Below are positions 15,701 to 54,079 of a DNA stretch of 64,000 bases, piece by piece. The DNA comes from Tubiluchus corallicola. Taxonomy: Eukaryota > Animalia > Priapulida. A model generated the notes under the pieces. The model ran no database searches and was not told the DNA's origin. It worked only from the letters and a program-made list of their open reading frames with translations. How positions within the stretch are numbered: the first letter of the stretch is position 1; each line of letters starts with the position of its first letter. The DNA lies in the NCBI GenBank assembly GCA_030141605.1, contig JAQGDQ010000100.1, positions 568,706-632,705 of the forward strand. Direction: 5' to 3'. Position numbers and translations under genes: made by a program.

Positions 15701-18482
15701 ACGGTGTATTATTATTATTAAAATAAAACTCAAGCCCATAAATGCGCATTATAAAACTTTATGAGGTATCTACGACCAATTGATTGGACTTATTAAAACC
15801 GGCGGCATGGATGTGATATAAAATAATCAGCTTACACCAGCTTTTATTCGATACTTTTCATTTAAAAATCTGGAAAAAAGATACCTATACTTTCCACTAC
15901 GAAACTCTTTTTTCCTTACCCTCCTTTTGAAAAAGCTCTTTTAAAACCGACATGTGCTTTTCTTGAAAAGGAAACACATTTTCTCACGATTTGATGATGA
16001 AATGATGACGATGAATTGATCTCGCAATGAAAATGAAACACGCTTTTCTTAAAAATACACAAGTTTTTATTCCCAATTTGGTTACCAGAGATTACTATAA
16101 ACTAGTTGATACATAGGTGCTTTATCTTTATGCTTTATGTATATATATATATATACTCCGTCTTTATGTCCTTGAGTTCTGCCCTGCTCGATATGTGCAC
16201 AGTAATTTAAAAACAGTGACACTGAGAATCTGCTGATATTTTTCAACCAAAGTAAATTTTATTTCAGATTATCAATGAAGACCTGATTAATCAACCGTTG
16301 ATTGACGTCTGCGTTTCTGCTTATGAAATGTATTTTGTTGGCACGTTGTATGTTATACAAGGTTTATTACTATTTACCGGAGCTTTGCTAGCTTGGGAAA
16401 CTAGAAAAGTATGAAATTACAATCGCTACTATCTTCGGTATTATTATTATTGCCATTATCATTACCATTATTACTACGACTGCGATCACTGCCACCAATA
16501 TCACCATCACCTTGTCCTCGTCATTAGCATTATCAGTACTGTTCTAACTCTCCACATCATCCACATCATTGTTGTCATCACATCGTCTATTTTTATCATC
16601 ATTATCATCATCATCAGAAGAAGCATCGTCATCATCATCATCATCATCATCATCGTCGTCGTCATCGCCATAGTCGTCACTATAGGCAGTCTGCAAAAGC
16701 CCGAGTCTATGGTTGACAAGCATATAAATAGTTAGTATTACCACCAACGTTTTGATACTATATCCGGCCAGTATTTCTTCAGTACCTTTGTACTATGAGA
16801 ATGGATTTTGAAAAAAATAAGTTTTTGAAACAATTATCACAAAGCCTCATACTGCGTAATTATGAATTTGACTTTTATTTTAATTACAATGCACCTGAAA
16901 CCACTTTTCTGCGCAGTCTACCAGTGCAATTATTGAAGATTTGCAATTAAAATTTCAGGTAAAGATAGAAGCTTTGAACGATTCACAGCAGATTGGAGTT
17001 TGCATTTACAATGCAGTTGTTTTATCTCTGATGGCAGTTGCCATTAGTTACCTTGTGAATGAGAATCCGACTGTAAAATACGTTCTTATGTCTTCGCTCA
17101 TTATACTAGGGACAACCGTAACCCAAGGACTTCTGTTTGTACCTAAAGTAAGCCACATAAAACTGCATCACCTGATACTGTTTTAAAATTTGCTTATTTT
17201 AGGCATAGTTTTTGTGAATTGTGATAAGTTTTCTAATATATATTATAGCACACAAAACAAAACAAAAATTCCTAGAAGCACGGCAAGCAAGATAACAGCT
17301 CTGAAAAACTAAACATCCAATTTCTCCCTTTCCACGTCTGGTCTACACCCAACTTTTTTCTCGTGCGAAACTAGCACGTTAACTAGCAAATAATAATAAA
17401 TAAACTTGTGAATGATTGAAACCTCACAATTCAATAATCCACGCTGATTTCTGTGCACTGATTCCATTTTTCTACACTGATTTTTTTTTGTATAAAAATT
17501 TAAATAAAAACTGTTTACATTACATTGTCATTTTTCACTGCAAACTATCATTTTTAAATTGGCAAAAAAATTAACGTAGAAGCAAAATTACACCCTGAAA
17601 GTATAACAAGTGTAATGGCTAACACTTTCGAAAAATAGACCTAGTAAAAAGTCATGTCACAATTGTGTATTCTATTTTGATAACTTTGCCTGACTTAATG
17701 CATTTTGATACTTTTACATGTAGTTAAAGCATTGATAGATAAGTGATTTTCAAAATAAATATTCAACTCGATATATTTGCTAGGATTTAGCTTTAATCAA
17801 TTTTTTACAACTGCTATTTGAACTTAATAAACAACCTTTTAACGGCACAGAGTTTCCATATAGTCAAATCCTATTATTTTTTGCCAGGTGTATCAATTAC
17901 GTCACTTAAACACTGATGTTGGGGATAACATGTCTAGATTACCAACTATAACAGGTGAAAGTTTAAAAGCGGAACAAACTCTGGCGAATGAGTTAAAACA
18001 ATGCAAAGATAAGATAATAGAGGTAAAAATCAAGCGTTTGTGCAAAACATTTAAAATTTTGGAAGGCGATTTTTACTGGCTCTCAAACTGAGGAAAACTG
18101 GATCCCTTTCGATAATAATTTCTTTATTGATGCAGTTGATGGTAAAATCCACTTTTATTACTGCAGTTGACCAGTCAGCTGAAATAGGCTAACACATGGG
18201 TGAAAAGATTTTTCAGTTATTATTAAGGTTATTGTAACATTAATAAACTGCGACGTCAACATTAAATGTATTTTTAAGATAAACGTATTTATTATTGTGG
18301 CTGTTTTTTTTGCCATGATTAAATAATTCCTTGTATGTACAATAGTTTGAAAATGCATGCAAAACGTCACATGCTCATCTTAATGATAAATTTATTGTAA
18401 CTTTTTATAGTATGAGCGACTATTAAGAGAACTCACTGGAACAAGTCACCAGGTTTTACATGAGAAGCAAGACAACTTGTAG
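5392..18482 (+). CDS. GABA-B-receptor-like class C GPCR (18 coding exons)
   Basis: GT-AG exons in consistent phase: 5392-5697, 5805-5942, 7963-8133, 8438-8545, 9190-9255, 9632-9745, 9829-9974, 10600-10679, 10808-10963, 11585-11668, 12315-12471, 12947-13067, 13623-13733, 14283-14405, 16268-16408, 16959-17147, 17888-18022, 18411-18482 (TAG). Signal peptide; Venus flytrap motifs PPTKLMLLGDSCSPVT, WNLIQ, SPALSNREKYRKFFR, ARIIFGGFYE; no Cys-rich domain; 7TM motifs KMSSPNIN, FGALFSKTYR, AWETRKVKIEALNDS, LFVPK; short C-terminal coiled coil. Confidence 0.93.
6204..6396. mobile_element. Short MITE-like foldback in GABA-B intron 2
   Basis: Left end gcgtttatgtatcatccggatgcggatgcgtttt; reverse complement of right end gcgtttatgtagcacccggatgcggatacgtttt. 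No clear TSD. Confidence 0.65.
8237..8370. repeat. (GA)n microsatellite
   Basis: Seen directly; explains the ER-repeat ORF 8292-8486. Confidence 0.95.
12674..12748. repeat. (CT)n microsatellite
   Basis: Seen directly. Confidence 0.9.
14855..15035 (+). repeat. Dispersed repeat with internal aacgcataatgtaa sub-repeats
   Basis: Several ~22-25 bp units taacgcataatgt; terminus tgttccaactgataatgtaataac; a related copy lies in opposite orientation at ~19365-19580. Confidence 0.6.
16430..16680. repeat. Degenerate (ATC/GTC)n trinucleotide tract
   Basis: Seen directly; produces the poly-M/poly-D pseudo-ORFs. Confidence 0.85.
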
Positions 18483-18844
18483 GAAACGAAGTGACAAAGC
18501 TCTAGAACATGTCATGAAAAGACTTAGAGCTATATGTAAAACAACATAATGATTCACGCATGGCAACTAAAGTTATTGTGCATTCAAACGCTATTATATT
18601 ATTTGTGTATTGTTTAATTTGTCTTTAGACCTTGAAGGGAAGAAAGTGTGTGAGACGTTCATTCGTTATTTCTGATTATAGAACGAACGCTATGGTACTA
18701 AATGTTGTAGTTGTTGTACTAAATGTTATTTAGCCAACATCTGGCTAAATAAACTGAGATGTCGAAAACCAATGCCGAACATCGTCTCAGTGCATTTAAC
18801 AAAATGTTGGCATGTGAAACCAACTTATAGTGCCACAGATTCAT

Positions 18845-18847
<3 letters not shown>

Positions 18848-18940
<93 letters not shown>
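18848..18940. repeat. (AG)n microsatellite downstream of the GABA-B stop codon
   Basis: Seen directly. Confidence 0.95.
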
Positions 18941-18942
<2 letters not shown>

Positions 18943-19364
18943 ACTTATTACACACTTTACAGTAATTGGGTTACATACTTGATGCATCAGTGAATCAGCT
19001 TCATGAATTGAAAAAAGCTGAAAAAACAAAAACTACAACAACATCTTAGCATCTTTACATATCATAGCATAGGTCTTTATCATAATACAGGTGCACAGCG
19101 GACCTTGTTGAGTAAAAAAGCTATCATTCACTCATTGGGCTGAATATAATATGTTCAAGATATGCCAATGCCAACGGCAATGAGTCGAGAAGCTAAAGCG
19201 CACCGCCTTTATTTTCCAAAAAAATCAAAGTTATTGTTCTTGTACATATGAGAAAGTTGTATCAAGTAACATTAATTCTACTAGTCAGTATATTATGATA
19301 TTACATTATCGGTTAGAAATTTTATTATTACAAGATTTGTTATTATAATTATTATATATTATTT

Positions 19365-19580
19365 TGTGGTGTTGCAATATGCGTTAAACGTCAACTTATT
19401 ACGTTATGAGTTTTGGGGCTCTTATGCATTTCTTATTTTTTAATATTTTTTAATATGTTATCAGTTTATTTTATTGCATTATTATAGTTGATTTATTACA
19501 TTTGTGTTGATTATTATATTACAATATGGGTTATTTTTGGTATTGCAATATCTGGCGTTTATTGCATTATCAGATGCAAC
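19365..19580 (-). repeat. Second, inverted, diverged copy of the 14855-15035 repeat family
   Basis: ggtgttgcaatatgcgttaa and attgcattatcagatgcaaca are approximate reverse complements of motifs in 14855-15010. Confidence 0.55.
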
Positions 19581-19939
19581 AACATGATAATTATTTAATG
19601 ATACATGATAATAAACAAATGTAACTATTATTTCTGCTACTTGCCATTAACAAAAATGTGGGTAATATATATACATATTTAAATATATTAAGCTGATTAT
19701 TATTAATATTATGCATATGGTTTATTTATTTCAAGTGCTACAACTGAATGACATAGAAGTGTATTGACTAATCAAAAAAGAAAGTTTAAGAGCAACAAAT
19801 CTATGCTGGCATAATTTAATAAAAACGTAAAATAAAAGACATGGAATTTGCTTGTAGTTTAACTCTTCAAAGAAGGGCTTTAAAACAGTTAATACTTATA
19901 AACATTTTATTTACAAATTGTTTTAAGATTTTCAATGGC

Positions 19940-22900
19940 TCATTGTGCTGTTTCCTCCAAAAATTTAGGCGGATTTAATTGTTCTCTTTCTGTTCGGTTG
20001 GTGGTGCCACTGGCAAAGTACTCGCCAATAGTTCCATCTTCCAGGCCTGTCCTCAGAACCACTGGACTGCTAATTGTGTGAATGATATCTCTACAGGTTC
20101 GAGACCTGATAATCTAAAAAACGGTAAATAAATATATTTTGTTTTTAATTAACTTTTAGGAACTTATATTGATGATATGCTTAAGCCGAAGCTTAGTGTC
20201 TTGAAAATGTTTCAATTTTTTGCATTACACGTGTGGTAAAATATCTATTTTGATATTTTTTGATGCTCTGGTTCGACTGGGTAAAATGTACTAAAACAAG
20301 TCGTTCGGGCGTGTAGTTTAAGATATTTAAGACTATCCAACGAGGGTCGGCATGGACATTATTGTGCAGTTGACTGACAGACATTTCTGAATTTTTTAAA
20401 CCTACTGCTATATGTAAAACGAATACAAAATACGAAACGCTCATGATTTGGTACACACTGAGCCAGTGACTGAGACAGAAAATAATGTAATAACATTATC
20501 GTCATCACGGCGATTGCATACGTTATCAGATAAAACTTACACAAATGATTTTTGGTTTTATCTTTGGGGAAAAAAGCTGGTGTTAAAGAGGCGCGTGCTG
20601 TCATAGAGCTCTGTAAAATATTATAGGTTACCAGATCTTAGTATATTTTGCATACAGCTAAATGTATTACATATTATGCATTTAAAAGTCTGTGTACAAA
20701 CCATGTAACAAGGCGCTGTAGTAATCCAACACAGGAATCCCAATATCCACAGTGGACCACAGTCAAAACAATGCTGATAACGACTATGATTAGTCAAATA
20801 CATTCGTGTGTATTTTGATTTTGAGTCTGTCTCAGAGCAGCAGCTGCTGGTGTCTGACTTGAACATATCACTAAACCATTCTCTGATAGATGGACCTAAG
20901 TCAAACTAAAACAATAGTAAAAATTATTTAACATTTACTTTTGTAAAAAATGAAAGATAAAAATTCAAAATTCAAAATAATTTGTTGAATAAACTTTGTA
21001 AGAACTCATTGGCTATTCGGAAAAATGAGACCAAACCCAAGCGGAAACATTTTCAGATAATCTGATATATTTCGCAAAAATGCAAGAACAGTATTATGTC
21101 GTATGTTCAATTTGCAAGATATACAAGTTTCTGCAGGTCGAATCGTCAAACAGTAGAACAACTACAAGGGCGACTACGACAAATGAAAAAGTGCATTTTG
21201 TTCATTTTCCTCAATGAGTGACTAGCACGCATTTAAATCAGGTTTAAAAGAACTTAAATTTAAAGAGTTGTTAATAAAAAAGTGACAAGAACCCCGACGT
21301 GCACAAAAATCCAGAATGAGAAGTCGCTAGACTTGGTTATAATCGACACAATGGACACATCTCCCTAAAATAAGTTTTAAAACTTATTTCCTTTATTTAA
21401 TGTAAAGCTATTATCCCTACTCGACCCAAACCGCTACTCGTCTGGATTTTGTTTTTGTTGTTCTTCTTGTTTTCGTTTGTTTTTATTTTTGTCTTATTTG
21501 GCTCCGTGAATTTACAATAGATCACCACGAAACTTCATGCGAACGTACTGGAACGAATTTTGCATCGACTGATGAAGTCGGATTTCGATTCGCTGTTTGA
21601 ATTTAACATAATTTTCGAAAAAGCCTTAATCTCCACCAATTTGCAATGGATCCTCATGAAACTGGAATGTACTAAAGCGAATTCTGCATCAATTGACAGA
21701 GTCAGTTTTTCGATTTGCCATCTTGAATTCAAAATGACGGCATTGACGTCACTTCTGATCCACAATATTGAGTTCAGCGACTTGCTCGATCAATATCTCG
21801 AGTCGAACTTGTTTATTCCACATTTTCATTTGACTTTTAGCTGTAGAATCTAACTATGGCATAAACGGCCGCATAAAGCACGTAACAAATGTTAAATGAA
21901 AACACCACTTTTCCTCTCGTCTATGTTTATTACACGTGCGGTGTGCAAATATTAAACCTATAAATCGCGTATTATATCATATTTAAACACAAGCCCTGTA
22001 AACGTGACAGGATAAATAAAGGATAGGTCAAAAATTAACAATTTTGTATGACATGGCTACTTAGGCCGGCATGCCCCATTCCATCGTTGTATGTTAAGGT
22101 TAAAACTTATTGAATCTTACACACGTGTTACTAATTATTTAAAATTTTAAATTACTGTGTCTGGTCAATAAGATTAAAATACGTTTTAGATTAGTAAGTG
22201 GCGCACCCTGGAGGATGAGTCAGAGACATCTTACCATTTGCTGAAAACATTTAAAATTTTTATTTTTAGTTACACAAGTCTTGCCAAGTAAGTAATATAG
22301 AATTGCATGGAAAATTTTTTGGGTCATAATTTAACATTGCCTTTTCTTCCCCCGATTTACGTGTTTTAGTGAGGTCAAGTAATGGCGACTTCGGAACAGT
22401 ATTGCGGGAGATTTCTTTTAACGCGAGTACGATATATGTTTAAAATGCTGCAAAGTAATATAATTTTTAAGGCGATGTTTCTGAAGCATACTTCAGGCAC
22501 CCCTTTCTTGTCCTTTAAAAGACATATAGCCACGTTTGGGTTTACGACGATATCCTCTCTGCAAGCGATAAATAGTCGGAAGCAGTATGGCGGAAGTATA
22601 TCCCTGAACCTGTTTCCCGGCGGTCGTGGCAATCTATTTACTTAACCAGGCCTAGTGTTGCTTAACGTTGCATCCACATGGTTCTTTTTTCTGCCTCGAT
22701 TAAAAAGAAAATGTACCTCTAAACAGCATTTTTCTCCTGATCGCAATGCTGTAACACATTCCAAAAATTTGGCTTCTATGCCTGGTTTGAGATGAGGGTG
22801 CGAGAAGTTAACCAGAGCCGCAAAATCGGCTGAAACAAAAAACGGTTTTTCCACTAAAAATAAAGTTTGACAATTGGAAAAAAACAAGTTTTTAAGCCAT

Positions 22901-25216
22901 TACTATAAATGCCGTTAGATTTTTAAATTGTCTGGCATTTGTATGCAATTGAACTCCAAAATGGGTTCTCAGTCGTCAGTAATTGGACGCTTAAGGGTCT
23001 GCAATATGTATATCAGAGCTAAAAAATGTGCCGAAGTTTTGAATACGATATGATAAGAATAACTTAATGTAATCGTTTGAAAATTATCTTATAATGTTAC
23101 CGGACGTTCATATATAAACACCTTAAGTTTCAGTTAGATTAGTCCAAAGTTTAACAACATGTCAAAAAATGTGTCACTATTATTAAAATTTACAGCAATT
23201 AAGTGCTCTACATGTCCACCATGTTCAATGCTAGACTAGATCAAGGTATTGCTTCCGATAGCTAACACAGTCTCACTTCTTTGAGAGGTATTTGGTCCCA
23301 GCTCTCAACAAGTTTTGTCAATAGTTCCTTTGCATCAAACGACTCTAAACGACCGTCGTACGTTTTCTCTTTAAATGAATTCCAGATCCAGAGCCAGAGC
23401 TTTAAGTCCTATTTTTCCTTAAAACAAATCTTTATCAGTGCTATATTTTCTGTGATGATGTAAACTGGTTGATTTCTTTATTGTTTTGCTGCCATGTATT
23501 GCATGCTTTATGGTTACACGGCTGTTTTTCAGTTAATGATCATAGCTGACAGTGTTCCAGCATTTAAATTTTTAACACGCAGAAAATTTTTAGCCGTAAC
23601 TAAAAAAACACTAACACTTTGACAGCCAAAAGTTAATGTATTGTAATGTCACGCTGTCAAATTTTAACTTCGTAGGGCACTTCCCCTAATATTATTGTAG
23701 TCTTAAACTTCGACACATTTTTTGTACGCCATCCGAATTGGTACAAAATTCTAAATAATATGAAACGATACCGTTCCAAGTTGTTGTTAATGTACCCACG
23801 CCCACAAAGGTCCTCTGTATGTGAATTACGTGAACTCTTAGTAGCACGTACTTTGACATCAGTTCATCACGAAGTTGAAAAAATTCTTCTTCAGTTTCCA
23901 CGTGGAATATTCTGTGAAAACAGGATGTAGATTTATTGTAGGAAAACTATTAGTGTATGCAAGAAAAAACATAGCTGTTGATATTTGTAACAGACTATTT
24001 TACTTAACTATATAAAAATCGAAGGCTTAATTAAGATTTAAACTTTAAACTTTTTAACTGCAATTGGGCCCTCTGGCAACATTCAACGGTAGGGCCTGCT
24101 CAACGCAGATTCCTGTAGCGAGACCGGTGCTTGGCTCATTATCAACGGTTTGCCTCCTATGATGAGACACTGATTAAAAATTATCAGCATGAAGCTAAGA
24201 ATGTGTATTCAAACAACGGCAGCTTTCTGTTCGCTGCAGAGCTTTCTTGTATCAACCAACGTTGTCCTGTTTTCTTGCTATTTTCAATTTACATAAAATT
24301 CAAGTTCTTTATCGTGTAAATTTCACCCATATAGTTCAGCCATGAATCATCACAAACGAATCGTCAACGAGTAAACAACACGCCCAAAGCTCTCGAAACT
24401 ATCAGAAAATTTAAGGTGCCTGATATAATAATTAATAAAAAAATTGGCGAAGCATTCGGGTTAACCAAGGACAGTTTAACACTGTACATGTGTATATATA
24501 ACATGATAAGCCAAGAATAAATGTATTGCTCGGAGACAAGACTGGCAGTACGGTACGGTACGAAAAATATCGTACTTCGTACCTCTAAAAATATCGTACC
24601 GTAATTGCGTACCGTACCTACAAAATCGAATCGTACCATACTAATACGAAAAGATCTCGTACCATAATTTCGTACTAAATTTTGTACCAAGTGCATGTAG
24701 GATTTACTATAAAAAGATAAAAAGAGTAGCATAAAAATTAATTGTAAAAACGATAAGTTTATCAATTATTGTTATGAATTTATGCGTACTTTAAAAACAA
24801 AAGCAGTCTGATGATAAAAATTATATCAAGCACAAGATGAAATAACAACTCCAGCTTCCAAACAACTTGTGGCTTTGCATTACATTACAAGAAACATTAC
24901 ACGAAATTGGGGATAAGTGGTACGGAAAATGTACGATAAAGATACGAACAAGGTTTTCCGTAATTTCGTACCGTACTTTTAAGCCGTACCGTACTGCAAA
25001 CCTTGCTCAGAGACGACATATATACAACCAGGCAATAAGACCTCTAATGAAAATATCTTACCGACTATCTTCATCTTCTAGTAATAATGTTAACACTTTA
25101 TTCGTATCGAATATTAACTGATCATCATCACCTTTCTCAAACAAATCATGCATTAAACTCGGATTTTCGTTAAATTCCGGCCACGCTATCACAGTAACAG
25201 GAGGTATTGCTGCCAT
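19940..25216 (-). CDS. Uncharacterised multi-exon protein (~255 aa) with a Cys/Trp-rich hydrophobic segment
   Basis: Exons 25216-25062 (MAAIPPVTVIAWPEF...EDEDSR, gtaag), 23911-23772 (IFHVETEEEFFQLRDELMSK...), ~23368-23277 (KTYDGRLESF...WDQIPLKE; acceptor uncertain), 20905-20702 (FDLGPSIREWF...CFDCGPLWILGFLCWITTAPCYM), 20113-19940 (IIRSRTCRD...EETAQ*). Phases join correctly at exons 1/2, 3/4 and 4/5; AATAAA ~30 nt after the stop. Confidence 0.7.
24537..25005. mobile_element. hAT-type MITE in intron 1 of the uncharacterised gene
   Basis: Imperfect TIRs caag(actg/gttt)gcagtacggtacgg; 8-bp TSD ctcggaga (24529-24536) / ctcagaga (25006-25013); many subterminal cgtacc motifs. Confidence 0.8.
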
Positions 25217-27081
25217 GTTATGGACAGATATGCAACAAAATTTCCTCCTGGCAAGGGGCAAGTATGAATATAATGTACAAAGTTCACAGTTATTAAAACT
25301 GCGGTGCTTTGAGCAATATCAAGGCAGCGGCTGCTTTATTAGTCGACAGAGATTCGCCATCTGTACGCCATCTATTGGCGAGGCAAACACTAAACATGCA
25401 AAAATTCACAAGTTTTTTTACGTAATATGACAGTATATTGTCCGGCACCGTAAGAGACGACACAATACTGCATAGTGGTTTAATTTACTCATAAATTATA
25501 ACGTTAAGAAATCAGGAACGATAGTACAATTCATATTTCAGTAATACACTTTCGTCTGACAAGCGTATCTTGTTTTATAAAATCCTTTTTAAATAGCCAA
25601 TTGTAAAAGCGAAACTGTATTTACCCATGAAGAAGGGAGTGAAGAGAAATGTCCTAAAAATGCTAATGACTTGAAACAGTTTTTCGCAAACAAAATTAGG
25701 TAATTTACGTTTAGACATTTAAGACTTTCTGAAAATAAATTAATTTTACATAATTAATAGATTACAAAAATACGAAAAGAAGGGCCTTAAAATCATCAGA
25801 CATTATTAAATGAATTAAGTGCTCATTGGCATTTTTTTTGAAAAATGGCAAATCCAATCACTTTGAAGTGACTTTTGTTCTTGCTTCTCTTCAGTTATGT
25901 TTTATGTAACTGAATTATGAGAGATGCAGTAAGAGTATTACAACTTGTAACAAAGGAAACTGGGACAGGGTGATCAAGAGTGAAACAGAAAAAACTTATT
26001 TTCTAGATCCTTCCTTCGCACCCATTGGAGTTGCCCAGGTTAAGAACCACTGGTCTAGTCACACAGCAAAAGCTGTGGAATTAAATGAAATCAACGGCAA
26101 TATTTTGACACTGGGATACGAACTTAGTTAAGTAGGGAAATTTGTAAGCCACTCATGGGTGCCAAGCAGCTTTCCAAAACAAATCTCTACATGTTCTGAA
26201 ACTGTTACTACGCCAAGTTTGACTAGACGGTGCCTTCACTTAATTTAACAATTGATAAATAGCTAAGTTATGTATTCATAAGGAAAATAAAGAAATATTT
26301 AATCACAATACGATTTATAAATTATAACGACATTTGGTGAAACCACTGCTCCCTTCATCAGGTCACATAAAATATCGTTGTAACAATAACAAATAAGCAT
26401 TGACTATATTTTTAGTAATTTATCATGCTGTCTTAGCCTACAATATCTACTTAGTTCTTCATGTTACTAACCAGCTTCACACTGCATTGAAAACAATATG
26501 CCTTAACTTGAAAAAAAGTGTTGCTTACATGTTACACTTCCCAGCTGACCGAGACGATTGTGATATGATAATGCAGAAAGCGCATTAATTTGTTCATATC
26601 GACTGCAATCTAGCAGTAAAAATACTAGTTTTTTGCGCTTGTGCTAAATATTTACGGTTTAAAACTTTGGAAACGATGTTACAACTACAATCTAACAAAC
26701 GTCAGAGCTACATTCAGGATTAGCTAAAGGATTAGCCAACTTTTTCGGGGTTGAATATCCGTTTAAACTGCAAGCAAAATTGCAGCCGAATTGAATTTGC
26801 CGCATCTTAAAGTACTAGAAAGAAAGTGTTTTTATAGTACTGTGCGCCGTGCAATAAAAGTAAACCATTCTGTTTTAGCTAATATTAGAAATAGTAACGT
26901 CTACTTACGTTCTTTAATATGGATCAAGTGGCAAGACAAGCTATTCGTATATTAATTTTATTTTAGCTTTGTAATTAGTATTTGTAAATATTGATATGTA
27001 GTTTTTAATTTTATATATAATTGTATTTTATGCTATATGAACGAGAAGCCTGAAATAAATGTCTATCTATCTATGTACAGG

Positions 27082-27091
27082 GCGCATGCGC
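27082..27091. promoter_or_regulatory. NRF-1/Ewg-type palindrome GCGCATGCGC upstream of the IR25a start
   Basis: Exact match to the core consensus ~170 bp upstream of ATG 27257 in AT-rich context; function not shown. Confidence 0.35.
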
Positions 27092-27256
27092 ATCGACTGC
27101 ATGAAACTATTCCTGGAAGCCCGTGATCCCGTTCTTGCAATAATCACAAATGGAAAACCGTTTTAAATCATTCTCTTGTAATATCCTTTACATCATGCGT
27201 TTCATTTACGGCGACAGTTGAAGTGGATAAAGTGTTGTGCATGGCTAATCATAACT

Positions 27257-52539
<25,283 letters not shown>

Positions 52540-53355
52540 GATCAAATTAACCAACACAAAATTCACAATCTGTCTAGCTATAATAGAGCCATAGGCTACA
52601 GAACATAGTACGTCCCATAGTGGTGATTTAGCAAGTTACAGAAGGAGAAATCAAAGCTTCATCAAAGATAAAAATAAAAAACACTACTACCAGTTTATGT
52701 AGAAAATGGTTGTTTGTATGACAAATTGTCTCAGTCGCATTCAGTTTACATACAGTGATGTAATTATGACAGCTTGCCTTTGCATTATAAATAGTCTCAG
52801 TCCTAGTTTGCATAGTCGTATAGCTATGACAGATTGTCAGTTGTAAATACTGAATAAATTTATGGAATTGTTAAAAACGATTTTTGGGTAACGATCCCTT
52901 ATTGATATTAAAACTTAAAATGCAATGATTCCAGACTGTATGATACAATGAGAGATTATGCTGTTAATATAAGGCCTCCATAGTCCAGTTAGAAATTATT
53001 TGTGCTTCGCCAAGTATATGTGTATTTATATAGCTCTTTGCAGATAATACCGTTGTCTATTACTAATAATAATTTCTTTGGTGTTTGTTACGTTTTAAGT
53101 TATTTGAGTTTGTTAACAAACTTGATGAAAATACATTTCGTCGTCAATTTAATTCATGCAATTTTTTCTGTTAATGAGTTAAATAGGCCTAAACAGCCAA
53201 ATCGTCAATTGCCGACCAAGCACGCACCAGGTCTATCAAACCATCCAACGGACCAATACTGTGATCCATTTTTTACTGAATTCGTTAGTCCATAAAGTGA
53301 CCAATGGGTCAATCAGGAAAGCTCTCCTCCCTCTTTCAGTCTCTGTCTGTTTGTC

Positions 53356-53394
<39 letters not shown>

Positions 53395-54079
53395 CTCTCT
53401 CTCTTAACTTTTTCTTTATTCTCTCTCATTTCTCGCTCTTTTTCTCTTTCTCTTTTTATATAACACAAATGAGAAGTGGCATGACCATTTTGAAAACTAG
53501 TAGCGACGACACATAGACTCTTCTTTAATGTAAAACAAACAGTGCGGAGTTTGTTAGTTTATTTACAATTATACATTCGTTTTATGTACAAATCTATTTA
53601 CAAGATATAAATTATTAAAATAGCTTATATTCTTATTTCTGGAACTTGACAAAAATCTGACTGACATGACCAACAGCAAAAGAAAATTAAAAACTGAGTG
53701 AAATATCATCAAAATTCAAAATTTTGTTTTTCACAAACATTTAGTGGCTGTCTTTTTATTCCTTTATTACAGCTATTTATTAAATGATGAAAAGTGTGCG
53801 AAAACTTGTGATAATATATATACATATATATTATAATCCGCCCTAAACTAAATTTTATCGCGACTGTCTATGGGGATGGAATTCGATGATGAAGATATTC
53901 ATTGAAAAGTAAGTCCAAATTGGAACAGACTACCCAAAAGCCACTGAGTGCGATGACGTTTAAGTAAGAATGAAGCTGAAAATCAATTCCAAAATAATAG
54001 CTACCACAATGATCACAAGAAAACAGGATCACAAGATATGATAAAGAAAACAGGCCCATGTGGATCTAGCTACTGTATG

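Noticed and set aside
22375-22900. Cluster of 80-90 aa ORFs, possibly a transposon relic
   Set aside because: No TIR, TSD or transposase motif could be supported by eye.
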